From Octopus sinensis (lineage: Eukaryota), in NCBI RefSeq assembly GCF_006345805.1, contig NC_043001.1:41447001-41480000 (forward strand): a stretch of 33,000 bases of DNA. Direction: 5' to 3'. Every line of letters begins with the position of its first letter. Within the stretch, counting starts at the first letter, position 1. Both the position numbers and the translations under genes were made by a program. The notes beneath the pieces are model-generated. The model saw nothing but the letters and a program-made list of their open reading frames with translations. It was not told the origin of the DNA and made no database searches. Below are positions 21,510 through 32,561 of the stretch, piece by piece.

Positions 21510-21857
21510 TTTACCAGGTGGTCAGCGCGGAATCGACCCTCGACGCTTCCTTTGACGGTAGGCCCCTCATCAGGGATGTTACATGTTGCGACACCTTCAC
21601 CAGCGGCACCTTGGTGTTGTCAGTCACCGATTCAGGTTCTGCTGCTCATCAGGTTGAGAAAAAAAACTAACAGTTGAGACCTCCATCGTTCTTGGACCCC
21701 GGACCATATCCCTACTCACCGCTATCGGGGCAGAGATTGCTGTCCGCAACTGCGAACCTCATTGTGACTGTTCCTGTGCATTTCCCTTGCTATCCACCGG
21801 AGCAACGCTTTTGCCATTTTGTCTGCTGGTACCATAAGAAATGTTTCTATATTGTGA
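21510..21857 (+). mobile_element. CRE-like non-LTR retrotransposon 3' remnant (restriction-like endonuclease region)
   Basis: Frameshifted peptides DGRPLIRDVTCCDTFTSG..SAAHQVEKK, VETSIVLGPRTISLLTAIG and ISLAIHRSNAFAILSAG match my recollection of the CRE C-terminal pattern WD.TC.DT...AA..AE..K, VET.G..G and R.S.AI.RGNA..I. Confidence 0.7.
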
Positions 21858-22312
21858 GAAGCAAAAGTATCTGTTAACGCGACATGAATAATACACATAC
21901 TTAACCTTATGTTAAAGTCTTTCCGAGTATAGACAGGAAGGACTGGGCTATCTTTGACAGAGATATGTAAATAACTGTATTTCATTAGAATTTGAATACA
22001 TACTTAACTGACTAAATATTAACGCTGGGTATAAAATAATGAATTGAAAATTCAGTTTTATCTTAATTTTATTTTAGCACTAAATAGTAAGGTAAGCAAA
22101 TTATTCAATCTATCTAGGGCAAGAAATAAAATACAAATGTTCTTCACTTATTCAATCTCTTGTTTAAAGGACAAAAAACTTAGAGATGTAAAAAATGTCT
22201 AACGTACTAACACCAAGAAATATCAAAACCAGAAAAGATTATTAAGGTGCTGTGTATGACCCTCTGTACCGCAACATTTAATTTCATAGGGAAGGATGAA
22301 ATGTGACTTGAG

Positions 22313-22475
22313 ATAACAATAACAATAATAAACATTGTGTACAGTGCTCAGGTGCACTACAACTCATCGAAAGTGTATATATAATCAGGTGTAGTTTCGA
22401 CGGATTTCGGAAAGCATGAGGGCCTTAAAGGATGCAGTGTCATGGCAGTCAACAACTGACGCAGGCAGTTTATTG
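22313..22475 (-). mobile_element. short 3' copy of the CR1 family at 6117-6830
   Basis: NKLPASVVDCHDTASFKALMLSEIRRNYT* versus NKLLASVVSCRNTASFKTSILPEIRQHYT*. Same terminal UTR (ACAGTGCTCA.GTGCAC) but with an internal UTR deletion. Confidence 0.88.
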
Positions 22476-22557
22476 TTAAAAGCATTCAAAAGAGAAGGTA
22501 TTCTGTTGACTACTCAGGTAGCTTGAACTTCTTGAAAAAACATCGATGCAACGATAA

Positions 22558-24920
22558 TCTGGAGTGATAATCCCAATTTTTACGAAGGGAGACAAGGGGG
22601 CAGTGTTCTAATTGTAGAGGAATTTCCTTGTTGCGCCTCCCTAGCAAAGTCTTTGCTAGGCACCAAGAAAAGAGATGTAGGGAAACTGTAGAGCCCAAGC
22701 TAGCTAGGGGAAAATGCGACTTCTGTCCTAGACGCAGCATAACCGACCAAATATTCAATCTTAGGCAGGTTTTTGAGAAATTGTAGTAATATTGCCAAAA
22801 GGTGTGATCAATAAAATCTGATTAATCACGACTTCGCGTGGAATAGGCTTCAGCAGTAACTTCAACTTTTAGCGCGCTCCTTTCTAACCCATCAATAGAT
22901 TTAAAATCGACACATCATGACAACCAAACAGAGAGCTTGGGGATGTAGCAGAGAACATAATAGGCAGCAAGATGACACGCAGATTGACAGTGAACAGACG
23001 TGGGCAGCTGCTTAGCTGACGTCAACATAATGAACTATCAACAACAGCAACACAACGACTAGCAGTTAACTTTTTGAATACTATTACAATTACGTCAAGA
23101 ACAATAACATCCAAACTCTCTAAACATTTGTCGTTTGTACTTACAACAATATTTATCTTTTGCTTGTGTACGAAAAAAAATAAAAGTTTGTTGTCAAAAT
23201 CTCAACAGATTTCCTCGTCTTTTATGTACAACTGTTGATCTTCAACGCTAGAAATACCAGTCATTAGCTCAAACTTAAGCACTGGCGTACGCTTGCTTTG
23301 TGGGCCTTCAAAAAGTCTTATGACCGCCAATCGCAGGGCATACTGTGGGAGATTTTGTAGCAGTTTGAGAATAATAGGAAGTTTCTAGTTACCATGAAGT
23401 CCCTATACGAATGTCAATATGTTTGTGTTAGTGTAAACGATGGTAAGACAAAACCTTTCAACGTGGGTATTGGACTTTGGCAGCGATAAGTATTGTTACC
23501 TCTCCTTTTAATAAGTTTTATGAACTGGATTGATACGTGCAGCTATTGTGGAAGTGATATCTCACATTCGGTGAGAGTAAAATCAGTTAGCTGATATTTG
23601 TAAACGACAGAGTATTTTTTTGGCTCATCTGAAGATGATCACCAGCATGCCCTGAATAGGTTCGTTGCTGAGTGCTGCAAGACAGAGATGAGAATTAGTG
23701 TTGCGAATGCTAAGACATCGATCCTTTCACGAAAATCTTTCCAGTGCACTCTGCGTGTTAGTGGAACATCACTGAGACAAATAAAAAGGTTTAAGTATCT
23801 CGAGGCTATATTCATAAGTCAAATCGAATCAAATCAAAATAGATGAACATCAATGGAATTTGTATCCTTGTGGTACCAGTGCCGGTGGCACATAAGAAAA
23901 CCATCCAAACGGGACCATAGCCAGTACCGCATTGACTGGCCTCCGTGCTGTGGGCACGTAACAAACACCATCCGATCGTAGCCGTTCGCCAGCCTCGTCT
24001 GGCACCTGTGTCGGTGGCACATAAGAAAACACCGAAAACGCCATCCGAGCGTGGGCCGTCTGCCAGCCTCGTCTGGCACCTGTGTCGGTGGCACATAAAA
24101 AACACCATCCGAGCGTGGCCGTCTGCCAGCCTCGTCTGGCACCTGTGTCAGTGGCACATAAAAAACATCATCTGAGCGTGACCGTCTGCCAGCCTCGTCT
24201 GGCACCTGTGTCAGTGGCACATAAAATCACCCACTACACTCTCGGAGTGGTTGGCGTTAGGAAGGGCATCCAGCTGTAGAAACACTGCCAGATCTGACTG
24301 GCCTGGTGCAGCCTTCGGGCTTGCCAGACCCCAGTTGAACCGTCCAACCCATGCTAGCATGGAAAGCGGATGTTAAACGATGATGATGATGGAAAGCAGA
24401 AGGCTGAATTGGATGCTAGAACTGCAGGTGCTGGCACAGTAATGCGCCATCTTCAGCATTCAACCCTCAAAAGAGGAGAGGTTGTTAAAAAGCAAATGTT
24501 GCTATCTTCAATTCGGTTTTCGTGCTTATCCTCACCTATGGGCATGAAAGAGTACGATTGAGAATACAAGTGGCCGAGACAGAGTTCTTTCGAATGGTCT
24601 CTATAGTACCGTTACTCGACTGGGTGCGTAACTCAGAAGTCAGGGAGCCTTTCCAGGTTAAGCAGTTATTTGTCTGCATTGAGAGGTCACAGTTCTGGTA
24701 CTACAGGCATGTGATTAGAATATCGCAAAAAAGAAAATTGCACAACAGTCATTAAGTCGAGCCAACCGGCAAGAGACGTAGGCGTAAGCTAAGAAAGAGG
24801 CTATGGATAATATCCATAGTTTCATTTGATCGCACTTGGGAATCCAGCCGCAAAGTGTAGTGATGACTGCTTCTGACAGACCATATGGAGGATGTACCTG
24901 AAGATTCTCTCCCTATGATT
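22558..24920 (+). mobile_element. old, decayed RTE LINE (Rex3/Expander-like RT), interrupted twice
   Basis: Across stops and frameshifts: SGVIIPIFTKGDK.QCSNCRGISLL.LPSKVF, TDQIFNLRQVFEK, YACFV.LQK.YDR, LIFVND (decayed FADD), ECCKTEMRISVAN, FKYLEAIFIS|DGKQKAELDAR, LTYGHE, RNSEVRE, IERSQ. Confidence 0.88.
23820..24390 (+). mobile_element. young RTE 3'-UTR-only copy nested in the old RTE
   Basis: Very similar to 13545-14165 including the ~63-bp tandem units. Ends GTTAAAC(GAT)4. Confidence 0.93.
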
Positions 24921-25640
24921 CTGTAACTGTGGTTAACAGGTATATGGGTATTGTTTAGGGTATGTGTTGTTCCCATATAAAACCAAGTCAATAGAAAATT
25001 AGTGTAGTAATTTCACAACATCGCGTGAGCATCTGAACATAATTAATTGTGTTGCAATAGTATGAAAAGATGTTCATGCATTACAATTAATGGAAAAGTT
25101 AGGTGGAAATAGCATAATATGACATGTAAGGAAAATGTTTGTTCGAAGTTTAGCCCTTGGGCTGGTTCTGACATATTAAGTAAATATACAGATGCCGTGT
25201 CATATCTTCTTCGATATCCCCGATCGAATGTGCAGCCATTAGAACAGCCATAGAGAGTGTAATTCGAAGCTCGACCCAAAACACTAAAACTGGTGAGAGT
25301 ACAGAACATCATACCAGCTCTGACGTCTGCAGCGCTCTGCAAAATTGGCACCTTTATGGACCATTTATAGGCTTTGTTCATGAATGGACAAGATCACATA
25401 ATCATGCAAACAGTGATTCAAATCTAGTGCTACAACCCTCCCAGGAATAGTAACTGGAGAAGATGGATGGTTATACGATTGCTGTTGTGTGAACGTAGTA
25501 GCGCACTCTTCGAATCGTGACACGGTCGACTATTTGCAGCCAATCATATCGCTTCCTTTTGACACAAATCACTTTTGCAAACACACCGTTTAAGCCTGGA
25601 GAACTCTGTGCAAAGAACTTGAAATTGGGGGGGGGGAGGA

Positions 25641-25810
25641 CTAGTCGATTGCATCGACTCCAGTGTTTCACTGGTACTTAATTTATCGACCCCGAAAAGA
25701 TGAAAGGCAAAGTCAACCTCGGCGGAATTTAAACTCAGAATGTAGCGACAGACAAAATACCGCTAAGCATTTCACCTGGCGTGCTAACGATTCAGCCTGC
25801 TTGCCGCCTT
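25641..25810 (-). mobile_element. tRNA-derived SINE, partial
   Basis: Homologous to 32330-32561 (TTATCGACCCCGAAA.GATGAAAGGCAAAGTC.ACCTCGGC.GAATTT.AACTCA). The head is on the minus strand. Confidence 0.85.
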
Positions 25811-25814
25811 ACAA

Positions 25815-26390
25815 TCTTCTACTATAATAATACTCGTGTTTTTCTCCAGCACAACATATGAATGAGAAAGGAAGGGGTGATAGTTGAGTAAGGAAGGGGT
25901 GATGGCAAACTTGTTGGTGGGATGATGGAAGAGCTACAGTGAAAAAAAATCAAACAGCGTTTCAACTCTGCGTGAGTATGTGTGTGTGTGTGTGTATGTA
26001 GAAGGGACTCACGTGAATGTATGTGTGTGGGGGGGGGCGTGCCTGCAATGGAATGTGTGATGGTGAACATTCAACGCTGAAAAGAAAAATCAAACAGCGT
26101 TTCAACTCTGTGTAACTATATGTGTGTATGTGTGTGCGTGTACGAGGGAAATATGTGAATGATTTGTATCTGTGATTATTATGTACCTTAATTTGTACCT
26201 TATCTTCTACTATAATAATATTCTTGTGTTTTTCTGTCACAACATACGAATGAGAAAGGAAGGGATAAGAGACGAATAAGGAAGGAAGGGGTGACAAAAT
26301 CAAACAGCGTTTCAACTCTGTGTATGTGCGTGCATATACAAGGGAAGTATGTAAATGTTTGTATGTGTGAACCAGCGTTCTTTCAGTAAC
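25815..26390 (+). repeat. two related segments starting A|TCTTCTACTATAATAAT (25815, 26203), Helitron-5'-like
   Basis: Shared first ~60 bp. The 25-bp motif AAAATCAAACAGCGTTTCAACTCTG occurs at 25946, 26086 and 26296. Confidence 0.6.
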
Positions 26391-26599
26391 AAACGATGAT
26401 CAATGTCATATCTCAAAAGACTAGATAACATTGACAAGTGCATTAATTTGATTTACTATCCATATTCTATCTTTTTTTGTTAAAAATAATTATTACAATC
26501 ACACACACCTACTCAAACATATACATATACAAACTCATTAGAGAAAATAATTATTGCCTGAGTGTATCAAGAATTTAAAACGACTGCAGATGAAAAATA

Positions 26600-27053
26600 T
26601 ATTATAAATACATATTTAACGGTTATACGTGTGCCTAGTTTATTTATATGAAGAAAGTCATGTAATAAATTTTGAAAAGGGAGATTTTACAATATAAACT
26701 ATAAGTCACGGATAGCTTTTTATGGCTTTAAGTCGTATGCGTTTAGGTTGGTTTCAGTAATGGAGAGCGCAATTGAAAGGAAACGTCGTTTCGAAAAAGT
26801 TGGTATTCATTTGCCAGCTCCTGTATTAAGTCACGGACAGCTTTATGTGACCTAAATCGTACAAGAAGGAAAGAAAACTTTAAAATTCTTTTGAAGGAAA
26901 CAATCAGTCAACGGATGTTAATTGCTGATAGATTTTTCACAAAAAAAAAAATTAATAATAGAAGAATTATTAAATTAAAACTTGGTTTTGTACCTTATTT
27001 ATATATAAAACACTACAATTAGCCGTCATTTTTTACGGCACGGGGTTAGCTAG
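26600..27053 (+). mobile_element. Helitron remnant with a helicase motif and intact 3' terminus (5' boundary uncertain)
   Basis: 26790-26852 encodes FEKVGIHLPAPVLSHGQLYVT (Pif1/RepHel SHGQLYVA motif). Hairpin GCCGT/ACGGC at 27022-27039, then CTAG|T at 27050-27054. Confidence 0.8.
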
Positions 27054-27740
27054 TCTTATAATAATTCTGCTTGTCATTACGTTACCCGTCGGTAACGCTT
27101 TCACGTGATTAAGGAAAAAACGGGACAAAGAAAACAAGGAGAGAGAAAATGAGGAAGGGAGAAAAAGAGGGAGAGAGAAGTGTCCATCAGGTAGAGGAAA
27201 TGTAATTGTAACGCTTTCACGTGATTAGTTGAAGGGAAAGAGAAGAGACAGGAAGATGAGTGAGAAAAAGAAGATAAGGTGAAGAGTGAAACAGAAAGAG
27301 GGAGAAAGAAAAAGAGAGAAAAAGACGAAGAGTGAGAGGAGGAGAGAAAGAGGGTGAAGCGTTCATGACGTGAGGTAGGAAGAACGTAATAATTTTAGCA
27401 GAGGGGTGATGTTCTGAAGGTGAGGTTAAAGAGAGACAGAAAGAGGGAGAGAGAGGGCAGGGAGAGAGAGGAGGGAGAGAGATGATGATGATGGTGGTGG
27501 TGATTGGATAGTGAAAAGTGTATCTTTTATATCTCACCTACCACTTAACGCATGCGCATAATATTCCGTGAAATATTCACGCTTATTTACATGGCAGATA
27601 TATGCAATTTAATCAAGGGTTGTATCATATGTACGGGATATTTTTTGCTTGTTTACGAGGGAAATAGAAAAATAAGAGTGAATATTTATTTTATAAGTGC
27701 TGTGTATTAAGTCTATAGAATTGTGCATAAAGTATATAAA

Positions 27741-27781
<41 letters not shown>

Positions 27782-28634
27782 GCATTAAGTAATCATGGTA
27801 TTCCAATTTCCTTCACTTTTCAATGAGTATCAGATGAGCAACTATCTTTCTATAAAGATACAACACAAACTACACTTTCAGGTTTTTGGGATAAAGTTTT
27901 CAGAGAAAACCTGATAGGTTTACCATTAATTCTGTGAAATAGTTTTTGATAATTCCTTCAGAACCGGATAGTTGCAGGATGAATCCACATAATATGATTT
28001 TCGAACTCTCACAGATATATACATAACTGTGTAGTGACTTCATTTAGGCATAGAGTAGATTCGATCCCGAATCACTAAATTTCCTTGAATATTTCAACAG
28101 CACTTTTCTCACAGAAAAACAATAGTGACAGCAGTCACATTTAACAGGTGGCTTTGCCAAGCCGATTTATGTCTTTGCCACTCGACCCTTCTAATCTCTT
28201 GTATGCGGTGGAGAATGGAATTGAGATAATATTCAACCCCCAGCCCAAAGTATATCCATTGTCTTTGCAGTATATGTATATTTCTAACTAGTTTTGTATA
28301 GTTATAAATGCAAGAACTCCGTAACCAAAATCTCTTAGTGAACGGAGACCACCAGAGATGGCCACAGGCAGACAGCCACTTGAGACAAACTGCCAGAGGG
28401 AGAAAGAAAACAATCAGCCACTATGAGACATATAATTTCCCTCGACTCTCTCACTTTCGCAAGTTCACCGTCTCTTCTCCACAACATTACCCTATCTCTA
28501 TCATATTACTACTACTATGTGAACGCGTACACACTTTTACAAGAAAAAAATTAACTCTCTTTACCACGCATACTTTTCCACTCATATGATACACACCTGC
28601 TCGTCAAGGCATAACATTATAAATGTTTGCTTAC

Positions 28635-28727
28635 AACTTCGATCACTGTTCTTCTTTCATCTTGCGCATCTGCAACACCAACAACTATCACAATACATAC
28701 CGTTACAACTGACATAACTACTGACAT
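28635..28727 (-). CDS. candidate first coding exon of an unidentified secreted or membrane protein (signal peptide)
   Basis: TTGTTTATATTTTGTCAAG|ATG acceptor and GTT|GTAAGC donor. 93 nt, phase 0, MSVVMSVVTVCIVIVVGVADA-QDERRTVIEV with a hydrophobic core and A-x-A cleavage motif. The other two frames contain stops. Confidence 0.45.
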
Positions 28728-28767
28728 CTTGACAAAATATAAACAATTGTCTATTTCATTATATATA

Positions 28768-28811
<44 letters not shown>

Positions 28812-28834
28812 ATAATTATTATTATTATTATTAT

Positions 28835-31329
28835 TAGGGAATATTACTTTCGAGTACACAGGAAAAAGACATTCAAATTAGATGTACTAAAATTAGTTTT
28901 AGAGACAAAACCACCTTCAACTCAATCAACACTGAAAGATTTTATACCCGACCACTCCATAAAATGTTAAAAATTAAATCTTATACTAACTATATCTATT
29001 CTGAATCCTGTATTTTCTGTTCATAAGACTACACGTGTTTCATTAACTACAAACTTTAGAAGATAATATTTGGAAAGTAGTAAAAAAACCTAGAAGTTTA
29101 TAAATACCCTAATAGACATAATAAATATCTTAGAAACCTAGCAATTGAAATAAAAGAACTGAGAAATATCGATGGAATTTTTGTACAATCAGATAAAACT
29201 AGGAATCTATATAAATTGAACATAGAAACATATGGTAGTTTATTAGAAAAAGAAATTAATAAAAGATATAAAATAGTTCTAAATAACACTCTAGATAAAA
29301 TAAATAAAATATATAAAGAAATAATGACGAAATATGAATTAGATAATAAAACAGAACCTTTACACCCAAGAATTACAATAAAAGACCATAAAGATAATTA
29401 TTATGCAGACCTTAAAGTCAAACTTATATACCCATGTAAGTCGGACCTAGGGAAACTAAGTAAAATAATATTAGACAAATATATAAATAAACTGAATAAA
29501 CTAGATCATTTAAAATTATGGGGTAGTACAATAGACACACTAGAGTAGTTTAAAAATATTAAAAATATAAATTTATACAAATAGATATTGATAAACGAGA
29601 TAGTACTTAATAAGGCATTAATGTATGCTAGGAATAAAGTAGGGATTACTATGGATGAAATTAAGGTAGTTCAAGCGGCTAGAAAATCATTAATAAAATA
29701 CAACAATAAATTACGGGCCAGGAAAGATACTAGAGAGTACTTCGATGTACCAATGGGGGCGCCTGATTCAGCACAGGTGACAGATTTGGTAGGGATCTTT
29801 CTACTATCTGAATTACAAGTAGAAAAATTAAACTTAGAAGAGGGTTTATATAGAGATGATTTATTATTAATAACTAAAAACTGTACAAATAGAATACTAG
29901 AAACATATAAAAAGAAATTATATAGCTTCTTCAAAAGAAACGGATTAGATACTACGATATATAAAGAAAATTATGTTAACTTTCTAGACGCGAATTTTAA
30001 TATTTTAACAAGGATAACACAAGCGTTCCACAAAACGAATGAAAATTTGAAATATCTTAACGTAGTCAGTAATCACCCACCTTCCATTAAGAAAACACTA
30101 ATAGCTAATATGGGAAAACGTGTTTCAATGCTTTCATCGAATTATGATAGCTTCCTTAAACATGCAACCTATTATAATGATGCATTAACTAAGGCGGGAT
30201 ATAAAGATTTTACAGTAATAATATAAATGGTAAAAAATATATAAAAGATAATAACGCTAAAGACCCTAATATCACCCATATAGATAAAAATAGAAACTTA
30301 AATTTATAAATATTAAATAAGAACAAATTAATAATAATAATAATAATAATAATAACTCTAATAGAGAAAAATATTGAAATATTATCGAGCACAGGGAGCA
30401 TACAATAAACTCAAAGAATAAAAAGAATAAAAACATAAATACAAAGAAATGTATAAGACGAAATGGTAGCTATAACTCAGATCGACCTATAAATAATAAT
30501 GGTAATAATGACTATAATGTTAACAAATACATGAGAACTAGTAACATAAACATAAATAATAATAATAATAAATCTGGTTAATCGTCCCTTAGGGTGCCCA
30601 GGTTAAAAATATTATTATAAATTAAATTATTAAAATAATAGAATTATTTACTATCGAAAATAAAAAATATAGTATTATTTTTTCTAAAAATAACATAGGA
30701 GCAGGATACTCAACTACTAGCAATATAGGCAATATTATATCAGCATTAAATAAATATAGGCTGAATAAATTTTATTTCAATAAAATAAATAATAATCCCA
30801 ATTATAATGGTAATAACTCAATAAGCTGTAATTGTAGGGGAAAATAATTGTAAATTTAATAATAAATGTAACTTAAAGGACGTAGTATATAAATGTGTGG
30901 TGTCTTTAAATGGAGATAATAATGGTCAAAGAGAAGGTAATAAAAATAAAAATAACAACAACAACAACAATAATAATAATAATTGAAATAATGGCGAAAA
31001 TTCATATGACATATATTGGTTCTACATCAAATAAAATTAAACAAAGGATAGCGCGGCATTTGTATTCCTTTAAAAATAATAAATTAATGAATTCGACAGG
31101 CTTAAGTAAATATATTTGGGGTTTAAAATCCAAAGAAATTAACTACAAACTAAAATGGGAGATAATATGTAAAGCTAAATCGTATAGAATAGGGAATAAG
31201 TTCTGTCTGATGTGAACTCACAAATTTATGGGAATCCTAAAGGCCAAAACAATATTGCTCAATGCCCAGAATGAACGAAAAATTAAATGCAAACATAGGA
31301 TAAATTGTTTAATTAATAAGATGAGTTAG
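28835..31329 (+). mobile_element. decayed Penelope-like retroelement (RT + C-terminal GIY-YIG endonuclease)
   Basis: SDKTRNLY, IKDHKDN, PCKSDLGKLSKIILD, FDVPMGAPDSAQVTDLVG, GLYRDD, NFLD, SNHPP, CNC linker, VVY...YIGST, RIARHLYSF, LSKYIW, KWEII, LLN..NE...KCKH. It has several stops and frameshifts, and the FDI..FYPSI motif is missing near 29580. Confidence 0.92.
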
Positions 31330-32329
31330 GATTAGATTCTTTAGTAAATAAACTAAACCTTATTTTAAAATTATGAAAACTCAGTCATGTTCTTATTTTA
31401 GATAATGTTATAATAAAAATTATAATTATATTCTACCCATTATTACTAGAAAGTAGCACTTAGTCTTACAAAAATATATAGTATTAATTGGTTGATTTAC
31501 GATACTTTAGATTTTTAATTTGTTAGCCGTACGTTACACAATTGTAATTTAGATTTTAAACTTAAATTTTGAAATTTAGTTTAAATGTTACGTCAAATAT
31601 TTAAGAATAATATAAATAATACATTTTAAATGATATAAAACGTAATTCTTATGTATCCCAAAATATTCGAATTGAGAGTCTAAAGAAGTAACTTACTAGA
31701 TTGGTTGTTTGCGATAATACATAGATTGAATAAATTAAAAAACGATAAAAGTGGTTTGTTCTCGTGATGCATTCATTTCCAGTTCCCTTCACAATACTAT
31801 ATAAAGGAATATATACACCAGTAGAACTTGCTAACATTTATTTGTAGTACCTCCTATACATAGGAATTATCAAACGCGGATTTTACCTTATTTGCAAGAT
31901 GTAGCTTTGTCTAATTTTCCCCAAGGAAAGAAAAGATAAGTTAATATTCGTTTTATTTTCATCTCTATTTTTATTTCATTATTATTTCATTGTTGTTTCG
32001 TATTTGTTTATTCACAATTCTTTATTCGTTATTCGGAACCTTTATTCGTAATTTTTACTCGCATCTTTTTCTCTTTTTTTTTCCTTAAATGTTTGTTCCT
32101 TGAGTTTTTATTACTTAATTTTTAATATTCAGTTATTATTTTTATGTATTATTTGTATTTCTATTCATTTGTACATGTTAAGTAAGATTATATTGAAGAT
32201 ATAGAGTATCATGGAAGTATATAAGAGGTAGGGGTAGTGAAAAATATTGAGGAATCCAGACCTGAAGATTGGAAGTATGTCGACCCGAGTAAGTATTGAA
32301 ACTAGATACCTCGTATCTAATCAATACCT

Positions 32330-32561
32330 ATTTCTTTATCACCCACAAGGGGCTAAACACAGAGGGGACAAACAAGGACAGACATAGGTATTAAGTCGAT
32401 TATATCGACTCCAGTGCGTAACCTATTACTTAATTTATCGACCCCGAAAGGATGAAAGGCAAAGTCGACCTCGGCAGAATTTGAACTCACAACGTAACGG
32501 CAGACGAAATACCGCTAAGCATTTCACCCGGCGTGCTAACGTTTCTGCCAGCTCGCCGCCT
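32330..32561 (-). mobile_element. tRNA-derived SINE
   Basis: Minus head AAGGCGGCGAGCTGGCAGAAACGTTAGC and B-box-like GAGTTCAAATTC. The body is shared with 25641-25810. Confidence 0.88.

Noticed and set aside
21720-21870. Minus-strand exon with strong GTGAGT donor
   Set aside because: All three frames contain stops, and the plus strand is explained by the CRE-like remnant.
32262-32330. CTGAAGA...GAAAC hammerhead candidate
   Set aside because: Stem II and stem I do not pair; the sequence is better explained as a simple GTATTGA/TCAATAC + TAGATAC/GTATCTA hairpin.
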